DNA of 64,000 bases, taken from positions 1,178,001-1,242,000 of the forward strand of contig CP075495.1 in NCBI GenBank assembly GCA_021613535.1, given 5' to 3'. Shown piece after piece: positions 12,701-23,880 of this stretch. Under the pieces are notes generated by a model. The model was not told the origin of the DNA. It saw only the letters and a list, made by a program, of their open reading frames with translations, and searched no databases. Positions within the stretch are counted from its first letter, which is position 1; each line of letters begins with the position of its first letter. Made by a program: the position numbers and the translations under genes. The DNA comes from Adineta vaga. Its lineage: Eukaryota; Animalia; Rotifera.

Positions 12701-12779
12701 ATGAATACACATTTGTACCCATCGTATCTGCACGGATATTGTGTTCACCACGATCTTTTTTACGTTCTACTTGGAGCAT
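9711..12779 (-). CDS. ADP-ribosyltransferase-TPR protein, copy 3
   Basis: VYRGQ, NSFLSTS, SDEEEILF, TPR array. ATG at 12779 (MLQVERK) aligns with the start of copy 2. Confidence 0.9.
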   Translation of the reverse strand: MLQVERKKDRGEHNIRADTMGTNVYSSKDSQSMHNSLNGEFILYQVLLQRILEGKNTDFFEESLLTNYFEPDDKNDRQTMKEFDANYCSSEAIYWYTRESCIYKILNKALRTQNIDDIIPFGSFIKDLDVQLSEEHKQFVKEQDASTIQVYRGQLISKDELNRLKTTQGQLISMNSFLSTSTNRGKAIEFATSRPAPNDELTSILLEIVVDLYAPTKSYADIRHLSAFSDEEEILFMFGSIFHLDQISYDKNLKLWIANLTLCSQNDSDVKDFTSDLANQLEGQNQLIALGTYFIQMMKYDQAEDFYQKILKNKLTENPIELAYCYHGLAQVNERKGEYQLAIEHLNKTLDYLLENCDNDEEDHPLISQSYNDLAKVYAMDNNYILAFQYYEKALETVNNIPSTTYSGLAQIHFQLENYYLALQYLRQALENQPPTAYALIANTYIEIGKIFAKINRKDRASEMFDKAIATQIKLLGADHPDVSYTYSAMAMMYSEMDDQDKALELMNKAHHLQLSSLPNTHSDFADTYRHFGDIYLKIGDLDKALAYYYKSLENQSKTLQWNHPSIAITYITIGNAHRKKKDYKQALVYFHKVLDSELTRKKLGDPSLSQAYKTLGDVYLERNDNDQCLNYYLQYLQNELQTKLYEHISLAETYQIVGNIYFKKRLLSEALLYYNRLLDCHLQKKPFDETIIRNIYMMIGKVYLKKSRITDTLLYYDKLNNKSSNNKYDDINNIHFEKRHLDQVLNYFEKYLKEQMQTRSATDSSLTETYQILGSIYLEKRNTDKALEYLLKLLDTKLNRKMPEDPSLSELYEIIGSIYLQKQDYNKALIYFNQLVDCQLLLKSFGHPFITNVYKTIGKIYLRKNPFDLTSNYLNRNLTHNSKVNLKIIHAEKRHLERTILYFYTLLKTHIEKKDLSFKDFTLEQIYMIIGNLFLEKQDTNQALVYYHQLLHYQYRKNPYDYLLLGQTYEVIGKIYHKQRNLPKALQNYRQSLALYQQMNPKNLRLINNMKFHIREIITPF

Positions 12780-13935
12780 TTGGTTTGATTTCGTAGAAAA
12801 AAAATCTTTAAAAAAATGAAAGAATACTTTCACTCAGTCAGACATAACATTATGAGATATATGTATATATATACTCTACTCAACTGTAATGTTGGTATGC
12901 TTGTTAAAATTTCAATATCAATAAGTAGTATAGTCTACTTCTCAGAGAAAAGCATAATAATTTGAGATCATATCATCTATTCCTTAGTTTGGTCACGGAT
13001 GAATCATTGAAATATTCATTTGTCTTGCTACTTATGACACGTACTGGAAAAAGTACTTCTCTAATTATTTATTTTTACTGTATTGATTTGATGTACAAAG
13101 AGTACATTTATTCAATAAGGATAACTTACGAGTTTTCGAACATTAATTCACAAAAAGTTGCAGTTTAGTTCAATAAATAATATCCTATTTTCGACACAAA
13201 AACAAACCTACCTTGATCTAAACTCGAATCAATTCATTTAAACCGAAAAGTACAGTCTATATATTTAGTTTCTTGTCTTTTTTTATCATTATACATATGT
13301 AAATAATTGTCACGGTCGAACATTTGTTGTTAAATAACTTTTTGTAATTAAAGATAAAAAATCTATGATACACATTCTAGTTACGCATATGTTACAAAGA
13401 GAAAAAAACACGATCTTTTTTTTTCTTTTTCATTAGATGTCATAATTAGTTTTCTAAGGACAGATCTATTAAATAAAAAAAATGTATCAAGTATTTCCAA
13501 TGAAAATACGAAAATATACAAATCAAGGTTGTATTTAGTTTTACAATTTGATTTATGCCAGTGAAAGTTATTGAGTTCGTTTATTAACCTTGAGAGAAAA
13601 TCAATCTTGACTCATCAAGTGTAGATATCTGTCGTCATCATTATTCAAGTCAATGGAGACAAAAATAGGACACTATCATTATTATTCGTTTGATTTAATT
13701 GAATATACATATCCGTATCTATATCTTTCAGAAGTATTATTGTTAATCAAAGCAAAAAAAACGTTATTATAGCATATCATTCATCAGTAACTTGTCAACA
13801 TGAATCTTTATATAGGAGATTCGTGGGATAAGCTGGAGACGTTTTCTTTTCTTGCTTATATAGATATAGTACAAGAAATAAAGCATAAGCATTTGATAAT
13901 TATTTACTATATCGACGTACGAAAACAGATCAAAC

Positions 13936-14367
13936 ATGGGAATTTTGAAAGGAAAAGAAACTGCATTAGAACATATTGAAAAATCCAAATTGGCTTTTTT
14001 GGCAACATTATCCGAAGCTGAAAAGGGACCATCGACCAATACAATGCCACCCAAAGATCATTTCACAATCAAATTTGATAAAGCAACGATTAAGAATTTG
14101 AAAGGTCGTGTTTATGAAAATATGAAACAATATACATATGAACAAAGAGGTGAAAGTATTCCTGTATTTTTGAATAATACTGAAGGTGGTGATGGTCAAG
14201 CTGGTCTTATCAATCCCATCAAACCTGAAGCACCAAGTGTTGGCAAACAATATGTTGCGTGTATCTATGATGATTTGAAGATTGTTGATTGTCTTATAGA
14301 AATTGATTGGACTGAAACTGATGAATTAGTTAAAACAGCAAATGCTAGACGAAAATCTGTCGTTTAA
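13936..14367 (+). CDS. Hypothetical 143-aa soluble protein
   Basis: Clean ATG-TAA ORF with protein-like composition and AATAAA downstream (~14440). No family recognised. Confidence 0.7.
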   Translation: MGILKGKETALEHIEKSKLAFLATLSEAEKGPSTNTMPPKDHFTIKFDKATIKNLKGRVYENMKQYTYEQRGESIPVFLNNTEGGDGQAGLINPIKPEAPSVGKQYVACIYDDLKIVDCLIEIDWTETDELVKTANARRKSVV

Positions 14368-14606
14368 ACATTAGTTTTTTTTCTCTTTACTATCCTCTAA
14401 GCTTTTATTTTACCCTTTGCTTCGCTTTCATATGAATTTAATAAACAACAATAAACTTGATATGATATTTTATTCGAGGGCGTGTCAAATTAATGAAGGA
14501 CATTTATGCTGTCTTTCAATCTCTAATCATTTTTATGTATGAAGGTCATGTAAGAAGTTTTGTATACTATGTCTAGGACAAGAAGAAAAAAAAACGACGT
14601 TTCGAT

Positions 14607-15377
14607 TTAAATATTCTTTTTAAAAAATTCAATAGCATCTTGAATAGCTTTATGTTGTTGTTGATTGACTTGTTCAGAACCATCTGGTCGAACAACAAAA
14701 CCATGCACTGTACCGGGATATTCAATAAATTGACCAAGACCATTTGCTTTTAATTCTTTTTCGAATTCTTGTCGAAGATCAGATGTAAATAAACTATCAT
14801 TTTCAGCACATAAAAAGAGAATTGGTCGTTTGATTTGTGATGCTTCTTCTTTAACTAAAAATGATGGATGTCCAACAACGGCTGCTTTCACTGTTGAAGA
14901 TAATTCAGAATGTGTTATTAAATGAACAACTGCTTTTGCTCCATAACAAAACCCAATCACCTAAAATTCATTTAATACTCTAAAAAAAAGAAAATACAAA
15001 ATTTGACAGTTTACTTGAATTGATTCATAATGTCCTTTGATAGATGATATGAACTTTGCAATAGAAGCACATGCATCTGATGGAGGATGTTTTTCTAACC
15101 AACTAGGTAATACATCCCATAAATCTGGTACATCAGGATCGATAGGATCTCCATTGAAATAATCTGGAATAAGAACGGTTACTTGAGCACCTTGAGCAAA
15201 ACTATCAGCTACTTTTTGAACATTGATAAAAGAATTGCCGAACACATCCGTACAGATAACGATAGCTGATTTTCCTTCGCCTGTTTTGTATGTTTTTACG
15301 CCGGCAATTTCTTCAGTATGACCAAGCGCTTTATGAGTTTGTTTAGCACCAGGATCGACACAACATGGACTACTCAT
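14607..15377 (-). CDS. Dienelactone hydrolase family protein (2 exons; intron 14961-15014)
   Basis: G-F-C-Y-G nucleophile elbow, AEND, GTVHGF (Cys-Asp-His triad), DVFG, IPDYFNGDP. A 54-bp GT-AG intron joins ESIQ|VIGFCYG in frame. Confidence 0.9.
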
Positions 15378-15664
15378 TTTTGTCGTTTCTCTTCTAAAAT
15401 ACTTTACTACAAACTTCGTATTTCGTACCGCGTGATGTTGAAGATTATAAATATAAATAAATATAGTCGTTCTCTTCTTCTTTTAGATGATTATTAACCA
15501 ATTAATTTTAAAACATTCTAGAGGACGCTCGAAATCTATATTTGATGTTCGTTATCAAAACGAACAGAACGAAAACGAAACAAAGAAAAGATAAAAACGT
15601 GTAGAATGTCATTTTGTTTTGATGTAATATAACGAACACATATTCATCTTCGATTGGAGAGAGA

Positions 15665-16684
15665 ATGTTTACACAAATTCCTCTGATTGATTTTGCTCCT
15701 TTTCTTCATGGCACCGATGAAGATCAGCAACGTGTCGCTGATCAAATTGGTAATGCTTGTCGTAATGTTGGTTTTTTCTATTTATCAAATCATGATGTAC
15801 CAGCATCATTAACTGAACGTGTTTATAAAGAAGCTGAACGATTTTTTTCACAATCAATTGAAGAAAAAATGAAATTATATATTGGATCATGTCCATGTGA
15901 AAATAATCGTGGTTATACACCTATGTTTGAAGAAAAATTAAGTTTAAAAGGTGATTTAAAAGAAGGATTTGATTTAGCGAGAGAATTACCAGTTGATGAT
16001 AAGGATCGAGTAGAACGTGGTGCAACTTTATATGGACCAAATTTTTGGCCAGAAAATCTTCCCGGTAAATATCGTTTTCAAATTAAATTGAGATGAAAAT
16101 CGGTTTGTTTAGGATTTCGTGAATGTGTTTATGATGAATATTATTTAACCATGGTTTCATTAGGTCATCGAGTTTTAGAAGCATTTGCTTTATCTCTTCA
16201 TTTACCTTTTGATTATTTCAAATCGATGTGTCAAAAACCTATGGTAACCATGCGTTTACTTCATTATCCACCACAACCTGTTGTATTGGATGAAGATCAA
16301 CTTGGTTGTGGAGCACATACGGACTATGAATGTTTTACACTTCTGTCACAATCCAATCATTCGGGCCTTCAAGTCTTAAATAATCAAGGTCAATGGATTG
16401 ATGCAACACCAATTCCAAATACGTTTGTTGTTAATATTGGTGATCTAATGCAACGATGGACGAATGATCAATTTAAATCAACAACTCATCGTGTTATTAA
16501 TACAAGTGGAACAGAACGTTATTCGATTCCAGTCTTTTTCGGACCTGATTTTTTTGCTGAAATTAAATCTTTAATTAAAGATCAAAAACCAAAATATGAA
16601 TCTGTTATTGCTGGAAAATATTTAATTGGACGATTTGATGATACCTATCAATATCGACAAACAACATCGTCTTCTACTACGTAA
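15665..16684 (+). CDS. 2-oxoglutarate/Fe(II) dioxygenase, IPNS-like (2 exons; intron 16065-16112)
   Basis: IPLIDF...GFFYLSNH, NRGY, DLKEGF, GPNFWP, RLLHYPP, HTD...H (GAHTDYE, TTHRV), RYS. A 48-bp intron restores the frame. Confidence 0.92.
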
Positions 16685-16952
16685 TTTTTGAAGAAAATAC
16701 ACAATTCGATTATTAATTTCATTTTCTCACTTCGTTTTTCTACGTGATCATCATGAAATGTTCTTTATAATATTTTGTGTCATATTATTGTGTGCCCTAT
16801 ACCTTGACTAAATTTTTCACATAAATTAAGATTAAGATCTGTACTAAAATTGAGAGAATAACACTTCAATTGAATTATAAAGGATTACACAATTTTCTTT
16901 CGAATCTTGATTAGAATTTGTTTTTAGCATGTAACAAAAACCAGTACTTAGT

Positions 16953-17759
16953 TCAACAGTTATAGTACTTCTTCGACTTCTGAACATCGAATGCCGTTAG
17001 TTTCTCACTTCCATCGGGATATTTCGGTACTAATGTTGGTTTACCATTCATAGAATAGGAGTAATCATACAGCATATTCATTGTAGTAAATCAATCAGCA
17101 CTATATTTATCAAATGCAAAACGAAACCCTAAAAGAAATCATTAATAGAGAAAACCTGTATCTTTGTAACTACGAAGAATTCACTCACGTGGTTCAATAT
17201 TTTCCATCACACCACCAAGAAACATACAATTTGGAGAAGCCATTATTACATCTTGACGTACCATAGGTAAATTACAATACGTACTTTGTCCATCGTCTGA
17301 TGTTAATTCGACATAATCACGATCGTTCTTAGTTGCTGGAAGAAATCGAATACAGGTTTTGGATTAACATTCTCGAATAGCTTCTGCAATTATTGCTCGA
17401 TCTTTCTTATTGTATCGTGAATCAATTACATAAGGTATAAGTGCGTTAGGTCATTTATATTGTGGATTTTTCGATACATTATTTGGAAACTCATCATGTA
17501 CATCTTCTGTTTGATTAGCTCCACGTTCAACATCTTCTGAAGTCAAATAAGGTGGAGGAGATTGCGATGATATGATAATACTTTATGAAGATATAAAATT
17601 CGGGCAAACCTTCACTCGTATCTAACAGATTGTCTGTTCAGGCAGTTAGAACTAAAGTAAAAAGAAAATAATAGATTATTTTTGTCTCAAGAAGATGATT
17701 AAACTAACGTTGCCAATAGATAGCAGCGTATTTAATCATAAAAGTAAAGGCAGTGACAT
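16953..17759 (-). pseudogene. Astacin (M12A) metalloprotease pseudogene
   Basis: Manual translation: K*PNALIPYVIDSRY...AIREC*SKTCIRFLP...DYV...CMFLGGVM|ENIEP...FDKYSAD*...YDY|SYSMNGKPTLVPK...LTAFDVQKSKKYYNC*. Several in-frame stops; HExxH and Met-turn segments are absent. Confidence 0.85.
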
Positions 17760-19061
17760 CTGGAAACTCAGCTGTGATATGGTATTGTCGTGCTTCGTTG
17801 CAAATCTATTTAATGATCTGAAATATTTTTAATCAACAATCTTCAGTTTGACACCTAATGATACTATTTATTGTACAATGGAAACGGATTCGTAAGACAG
17901 TCGATTTCATTTCCCTAAATCAAGGTTCATGAGTATCTACAAAGTCAAGAAAATAGTATCGACATAATGAAAGATTAGGAAAAATATGAACTAACTTGAT
18001 TTTTTATGTCATCTAGATTTATAATAGATCCATGGTATGATGAATAGAACATTTCGTTTGATGTATATTGCAGAAAGAAAGTATTGCTTCCTAAGTTTAT
18101 GAACTATTTACATTACTTTTCATAAAAACAAAAACTATGCTCATCAATACCTGAACTGCTAACAGCTTTAACTTTTAAGGAAACTAGATTTGAATACACA
18201 ACTATCATTTCTGTTAAGAGAAAAGCTGCTCCAGATTGATGATTGTGCTGTTCTGTGTAGATAAATAAAAAATAGAGAAGTACGCATTATAGTACTTCGA
18301 CAGAACTACAAATTACTTGATCTTTATTTTTTCATCATCATTTGACATGGAAATGTATGGATTAGATCGATCAATAGTAGTTGAGAGAGAACGAACCTCC
18401 AGCATATCGTTTTGTTCTCCTTGTAATACATTTATATCCTTCATTTATATACTTTGAGTTGTCACACTTCCTCAATTAAACGTTGAAAAAAAAACATCAG
18501 TAAACAAACTATTTTTACATGATTATACTCTTGTCTTTTATGAAGTAAGTAAACATCGTCATGCGATTAATCGATCTTGCTGTATTCGAATTTTTTCAAC
18601 GTATGACGAAAAGTGTATATACATAGGTGTATTACCTTTATTAAATGATGATTAATTCAATTATTAAAGATTGATTATGACAAGTAATGAGTACGAAAAG
18701 ATTATCCTATTCGTAGAAACTCAATGATTTCGTAGTAGAACCATTCTTTCTATTTATCAGTTTCATCAAGTTAATCAAAGATAATTTAATGTAAATGTTA
18801 TTTTATTGATCATTGAAATATGTACAAGAATCGATAAACAATCATGACTTTTGATTAAAATATTTTTATTCTTTGCCGAAAATATCGAAAAAAAATTTCA
18901 AATTATCGATTGATTTATATTTTAATCAGTCAGAACAAATTCAGCAAAATTCATTCATTCAACAATTTGGAGTTTTAAATTTAAAATATTTCATTTTAAC
19001 AAAAATTCATTAGAATTTAAGACGAGAAATGAAAGATTTTTGTTTTAATTCGATCGTTTTA

Positions 19062-19528
19062 TCAAGAAATGATTTCAAACTTCTGAATTCGATTATTTGC
19101 CCAATCAGCAACATAAAGATTTCCTTCCAAATCAAATGATAAACCAGTGGGAAGACAAAGTTGATTTGGTTTATTACCATCTCCGTTTCCACCAACAACA
19201 ATTTCACCAACATTCCTTCCTTTACACCATCGCATTATTCGATGATTCAAACTATCTGATACATAGATTTGTCCCCATTGATCAACAAACAATTCCCTAG
19301 GACAATTCAATTGATTAAGATTATTTCCTTCACCATTTCCACCTGCAACAATTATTCCTTCTTTTGCATCTTTTTCCCATTTCATCACACGATCGTTCGA
19401 ACGATCAGATACATAAACCGATTGTTCATCATCAACAAAGATATAAGTAGAAAAATTGAGTTGATTTAATTGATCTCCTTTTTCATTTCCTTCAGCAACA
19501 GTAATTCCATTTTGTTTGAGTTTTGTTT
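19062..19528 (-). pseudogene. Orphan NHL-repeat exon, 3 blades (internally deleted paralog of the 26373-27265 exon)
   Basis: Same acceptor context (ag|aaacaaaactc, ETKLKQNGITVA) and a near-identical intron block (19627-19688 vs 27293-27356). Blade 1 is fused to blade 4 at NQLN. No upstream effector exon found. Confidence 0.7.
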
Positions 19529-20161
19529 CTGAAAAAAAGAAGAGAGAAGAGAAAAAATATTTTTTCCGAAAAGATGTCTGTTGATAAAAACTCAATTTCA
19601 ACCTTTGTTCGAAAATAGAAAGAAGAAATAATCTTTGAATTGAAGTTTTATCTGAAGATATAATTCGAGAAACTTAAGAAAAGATTTTAAGATTGAGCAT
19701 CGTCAGATGAAAACCATTTTGTATCAAATATTAAATTGTCATTTTAAATTCATTTGATTACTCGATGAATATATTAATAGGGATGTAAGTTATTAATGCT
19801 TCATATATGTGTCGTCAAACGTGTTACTTTGTTCAACTGATGTATTCGTGTAAATGCAAGATTTGCTGATAAATGTCCATTATTACTGATGAATTTTGTT
19901 TTCATTATTTACACATGAGTGGTTAAATCGTGCTAATAGAATTTTGATGAAAAGTCGTCAATAATTGAGGATTTAATGATAGAATTTTCGTTATTTGAAA
20001 TATGACAACTTCGCAGTCTAATTTCATTTTGGTTTTTAAGCCTTAACGAAAAAGATGACAAAATACTGATTACAAGTAGTTACGATTTCTTGTAAACTAA
20101 TTTTCAATTTAAATATTCTAGAATTTACACGAAATATCCTTGTTCAATTAATAAAATCTGT

Positions 20162-21354
20162 TTGTTATTCATAGTTGAATTGATAAACATTCTAACATGT
20201 CTGGAAATTCAATCAGCTCATGAATGGTATTATAGTATTATTGAACGATTAGATTTCAATGATCAATGTCTAACATTTACTTCATCAATTTTAACGAAAT
20301 TGTATGTTACTATAAGACATTCTATAGTGATTTGCTTTATTTGCTAGATGGTCGCTTCAATCAACTTCATACTTTACATGTGATGGCTATTCGTTTTTTT
20401 GATGAATCATCGAAGTCCATTAGAAAGGTATTATAATTAATCACATAAAAAAAAGAGATAATTATTTGATGTTTTCCTTTCTAGGATGAATTGGTTAACC
20501 TAAAGACTTTCTCATTAACCTGTAGATCAGAGATACTTTTTTATGATGAAACACTATTACCACTTCTACATCGAATGTCTCATCTTGAAGAATTATTCTT
20601 AAATGTTTGTATCGAACGTTATATTCTTCATAAACCATTTATTGATGGAAATAATTTGAAGAATAATATAGTGAATTATATGTCAAAGTTAAATAGATTC
20701 GTATTTAGTATTCATTCTAATCTTATACATCGTTTCAAACATCATTTATTAAAATTACCCTCCAACAATGATATTCAAGATACATTTAAAGATTTTAAAG
20801 ATTATCAAGTTGTTTCCTATACTGATTATTTTCGCCAAACTAGAATGAGTCAATGTCATATCTATTCATATCCATATTATATGGATAGTTTATATCGTCT
20901 TACCCATAGTTTTCCAGGTGGATTATTTAAATTTGTTCACAAAGTTTATTTATTTAATGAAAAACCTTTTGAACATGAATTTTTCATCCGAATTGCTCAA
21001 GCATTTCCATATCTTAAGACATTATTGATAGACAATGATTCACGACAAAAATACCATCAACATTTACAATCAAACAAAAATCTCGAAATAATCAAATATT
21101 CTTGTCTTAATCTACTTATCGTTTATAGTTCTCGCGAAGATTATTTGGAACAGTTTCTAGATAATAATAAAACATGTCTGTTAAATGATATTAAACTTCA
21201 CGTCGACTATAATATACTTCACTCAGTAACGGACAATTTCTCAAGAGCTTTGACACGAACCAATTGCGAAAAAATCACATTTATCAATGATATTAATAAA
21301 TGTAATGTTCCAAAACATTTTTATAATTATTTTCCTCGTATCGAAAGATTGTAA
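20162..21354 (+). pseudogene. LRR (F-box-associated type) family gene, 5'-degenerate and frameshifted
   Basis: Motifs LYLLDGRFNQLHTL, LLHRMSHLEELFL, FIDGNNLK, HIYSYPY, FPGGLF, PFEHEFFIRIAQAFP. Frameshift near 20310; intron 20428-20484; no clear start. Confidence 0.6.
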
Positions 21355-22691
21355 CTTGTCTTGCTCGCAGTTAATGAAAATAAAATAAACATTATGAAGG
21401 TGTCGATGCACCTTCTTATCTTCAAATATGATCAATTAGTTTTGATTAAATAAAAATTCAAAATCAAAGTTTTAAATATAGAGATATAAGAGCTATAGCA
21501 TCATTATTCTTGTAGATAGCAGTGCTGATATAATTTACATGTATTTTTATTCCCTATCAGAAAACCATCTGACCTATTTCTGATCTTATTTGATAATAAG
21601 CTTTGACGATATGTATATCATGAAAATAGTGCCTCGCGCTTTTGTCATGAACGCCATCAAAGATAATATCATTATTCGATTTTCGTCGTTGTCTTGACCA
21701 ACAACAACAATATTGACATGTATCGTTCATTCGTATGATTAATTTTGAATCGATTTCATTTGGATATAATGAATGATAGAAATAGCATGCAATAACACCA
21801 ACAATTGCGACAGTTCCTACAGCATTGATGCATACCACATGTGAATGATTGAATAAACATTAAGTAATGGTTAGCTTTAAAAGTATATTGAAATGAGAGA
21901 GAGAGAGAAAATTAATTCGTAGTTTTTCACTATTCGGATTCTAAATTAAAAGTCAATATTAATGTTAATAAGTAACTTTGTAGAATAAAACTTATCCTAC
22001 AAAGTGTATTTTATGTACAAAATAGTTCTTCATAAAATGCTTATAGTTTGCAGTTAAAGCTTAGTTCGATATCATATTTTATACAGAAACATTCGGCAGA
22101 CATGATCCGTGCATACTAACTTTTTACGCTTGTCAAAAATTGCTTCAACAACACTTTTCACCTGTACTAATTGCTTTTTAGTGATCGGAAAAAATGAAAC
22201 GAACATTTTATCTCAAGACTTTTGTAACAAGGTTTATAATAATATATTTACTTTTATGTTTTCTTCTGCAAATATACTCTGGTGGTGTATTTTGAAGTTG
22301 TCGATGATATGCTATCATATAGAAAAGTTCTTTTGATCATTTAAAGACGTTTTATAGATACAATAACGAAAAAGTTCTGAAAGTGGCATGGTTACGTTTA
22401 TTTTTCGGTTAGACATAGAGAAGAATGTAAGCTGTTGCCATTCATAATCACAGGACATTCTTATGATATATTGGCTTCTAAATAGTAACAGGGTGAGGGT
22501 ACCTTAGACGAATCAAACTCTCTCACCCACACCCTCAAGATGGTTTTTGTGCGTTCTTTTATTTCGAAGTAAACGTTCGACAGTGTTTCTCAGTACTTAT
22601 TTTGTTTTTTTCGGTCGTTCTTCTTCCGATGTTTTTGTTTGTTGACAGGTAATGATGCATAACGCTTAACTATATCTAGGAAATAGATGAC

Positions 22692-22698
22692 TATAAAA
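22692..22698 (+). promoter_or_regulatory. TATA box of the Cys-repeat gene
   Basis: TATAAAA about 65 bp upstream of the ATG at 22762. Confidence 0.5.
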
Positions 22699-22761
22699 AG
22701 AGAAATATTACCATTAACATATAGTTATTTATCACATTGAATAAAACTTTCTGGCTATATT

Positions 22762-23880
22762 ATGAATTTTAAAGTACTTTTCTTCGAACTTTTTCTTTTA
22801 TTACTGACAAAATCACCACTTTATGAAGCAGTGATATGTAGTGGTGTTACTCGAACTGGTAATGCTTGCTGTGGTAGTATAGGTTATTCTTCAGCTACCA
22901 GTGTTTGTTGTAGCGGTGTTGTCCGAACTGGCAATGCATGTTGTGGTAGTACAGGTTATTCTTCATCTGGCAAGGTTTGTTGTAGCGGTGTTGTCCGAAC
23001 TGGAAATGCTTGTTGTGGTAGTACAGGTTATTCTTCAGCTGGCAATGTTTGTTGCAGTGGTGTTCTTCGCACTGGCAATGCTTGTTGTGGCAGTACAGGT
23101 TATTCTTCAGCTACCAGTGTTTGTTGTAGCGGTGTTGTCCGAACTGGAAATGCTTGTTGTGGTAGTACAGGTTATTCTTCAGCTGGCAATGTTTGTTGCA
23201 GTGGTGTTATTCGCACTGGCAATGCATGTTGTGGCAGTACAGGTTATTCTTCAGCTACCAGTGTTTGTTGTAGCGGTGTTGTCCGAACTGGCAATGCTTG
23301 TTGTGGCAGTACAGGTTATTCTTCAGCTACGCATGTTTGCTGTGGTGGTGTTATACAACCTGGTAATGCATGCTGTGGTAGCACAGGTTATTCTTCAGCT
23401 GGCAATGTTTGTTGCAGTGGTGTTATTCGCACTGGCAATGCATGTTGTGGCAGTACAGGTTATTCTTCAGCTACGCATGCTTGCTGTGGTAGTGTTGTAA
23501 AACCTGGCAATGCATGCTGTGGTAGCACAGGTTATTCTTCAGCTACGCATGCTTGCTGTGGTGGTGTTGTTCGAGTTGGCAGTACATGCTGTGGTGACAC
23601 AGGTTATTCTTCAGCTACTCATGCTTGCTGTGGTGGTGTTGTTCGAGTTGGCAATACATGCTGTGGTGGCACAGGTTATTCTTCAGCTACTCATGTTTGC
23701 TGTGGTGGTGTTGTACAACCTGGCAAGGTTTGCTGTGGCAGCATAGGTTATTCTACAGCTACCAATATTTGTTGCAGTGGTGTTATTGGAACAGGCACTG
23801 CTTGCTGTGGTAGCAAAGGTTATTCCTCAGCTACCAGTGTTTGTTGTAATGGTGTTATTCGATCTGGGCTTTCATGTTAA
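22762..23880 (+). CDS. Secreted galaxin-like di-cysteine repeat protein
   Basis: Signal peptide, then about 14.5 copies of the 24-aa unit CCSGVVRTGNACCGSTGYSSATSV. Confidence 0.85.
   Translation: MNFKVLFFELFLLLLTKSPLYEAVICSGVTRTGNACCGSIGYSSATSVCCSGVVRTGNACCGSTGYSSSGKVCCSGVVRTGNACCGSTGYSSAGNVCCSGVLRTGNACCGSTGYSSATSVCCSGVVRTGNACCGSTGYSSAGNVCCSGVIRTGNACCGSTGYSSATSVCCSGVVRTGNACCGSTGYSSATHVCCGGVIQPGNACCGSTGYSSAGNVCCSGVIRTGNACCGSTGYSSATHACCGSVVKPGNACCGSTGYSSATHACCGGVVRVGSTCCGDTGYSSATHACCGGVVRVGNTCCGGTGYSSATHVCCGGVVQPGKVCCGSIGYSTATNICCSGVIGTGTACCGSKGYSSATSVCCNGVIRSGLSC
22834..23877 (+). repeat. 72-bp coding tandem repeat (~14.5 units)
   Basis: ggttattcttcagct recurs every 72 bp. 22981-23124 and 23125-23268 form a near-identical 144-bp higher-order unit. 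Confidence 0.9.

Noticed and set aside
17040-17740. TGA as Trp or Sec recoding in the astacin relic (K*PN at a conserved Trp)
   Set aside because: An in-frame TAA and lost catalytic motifs are also present. Neighbouring genes use TGG for Trp and TGA as stop.
21557-21838. 93-aa ORF with a TM-like segment and CCC
   Set aside because: Could be a terminal exon or relic, but I could not build a supported gene model or assign a family.
22901-23813. Overlapping hydrophobic ORFs (199, 78 and 62 aa) in alternative frames
   Set aside because: By-product of a stop-poor repeat; non-ATG or incidental starts.
22834-23877. 72-bp periodic array as a CRISPR array
   Set aside because: The units are codon-phased, contiguous and homologous with no unique spacers; eukaryotic context and no cas genes.
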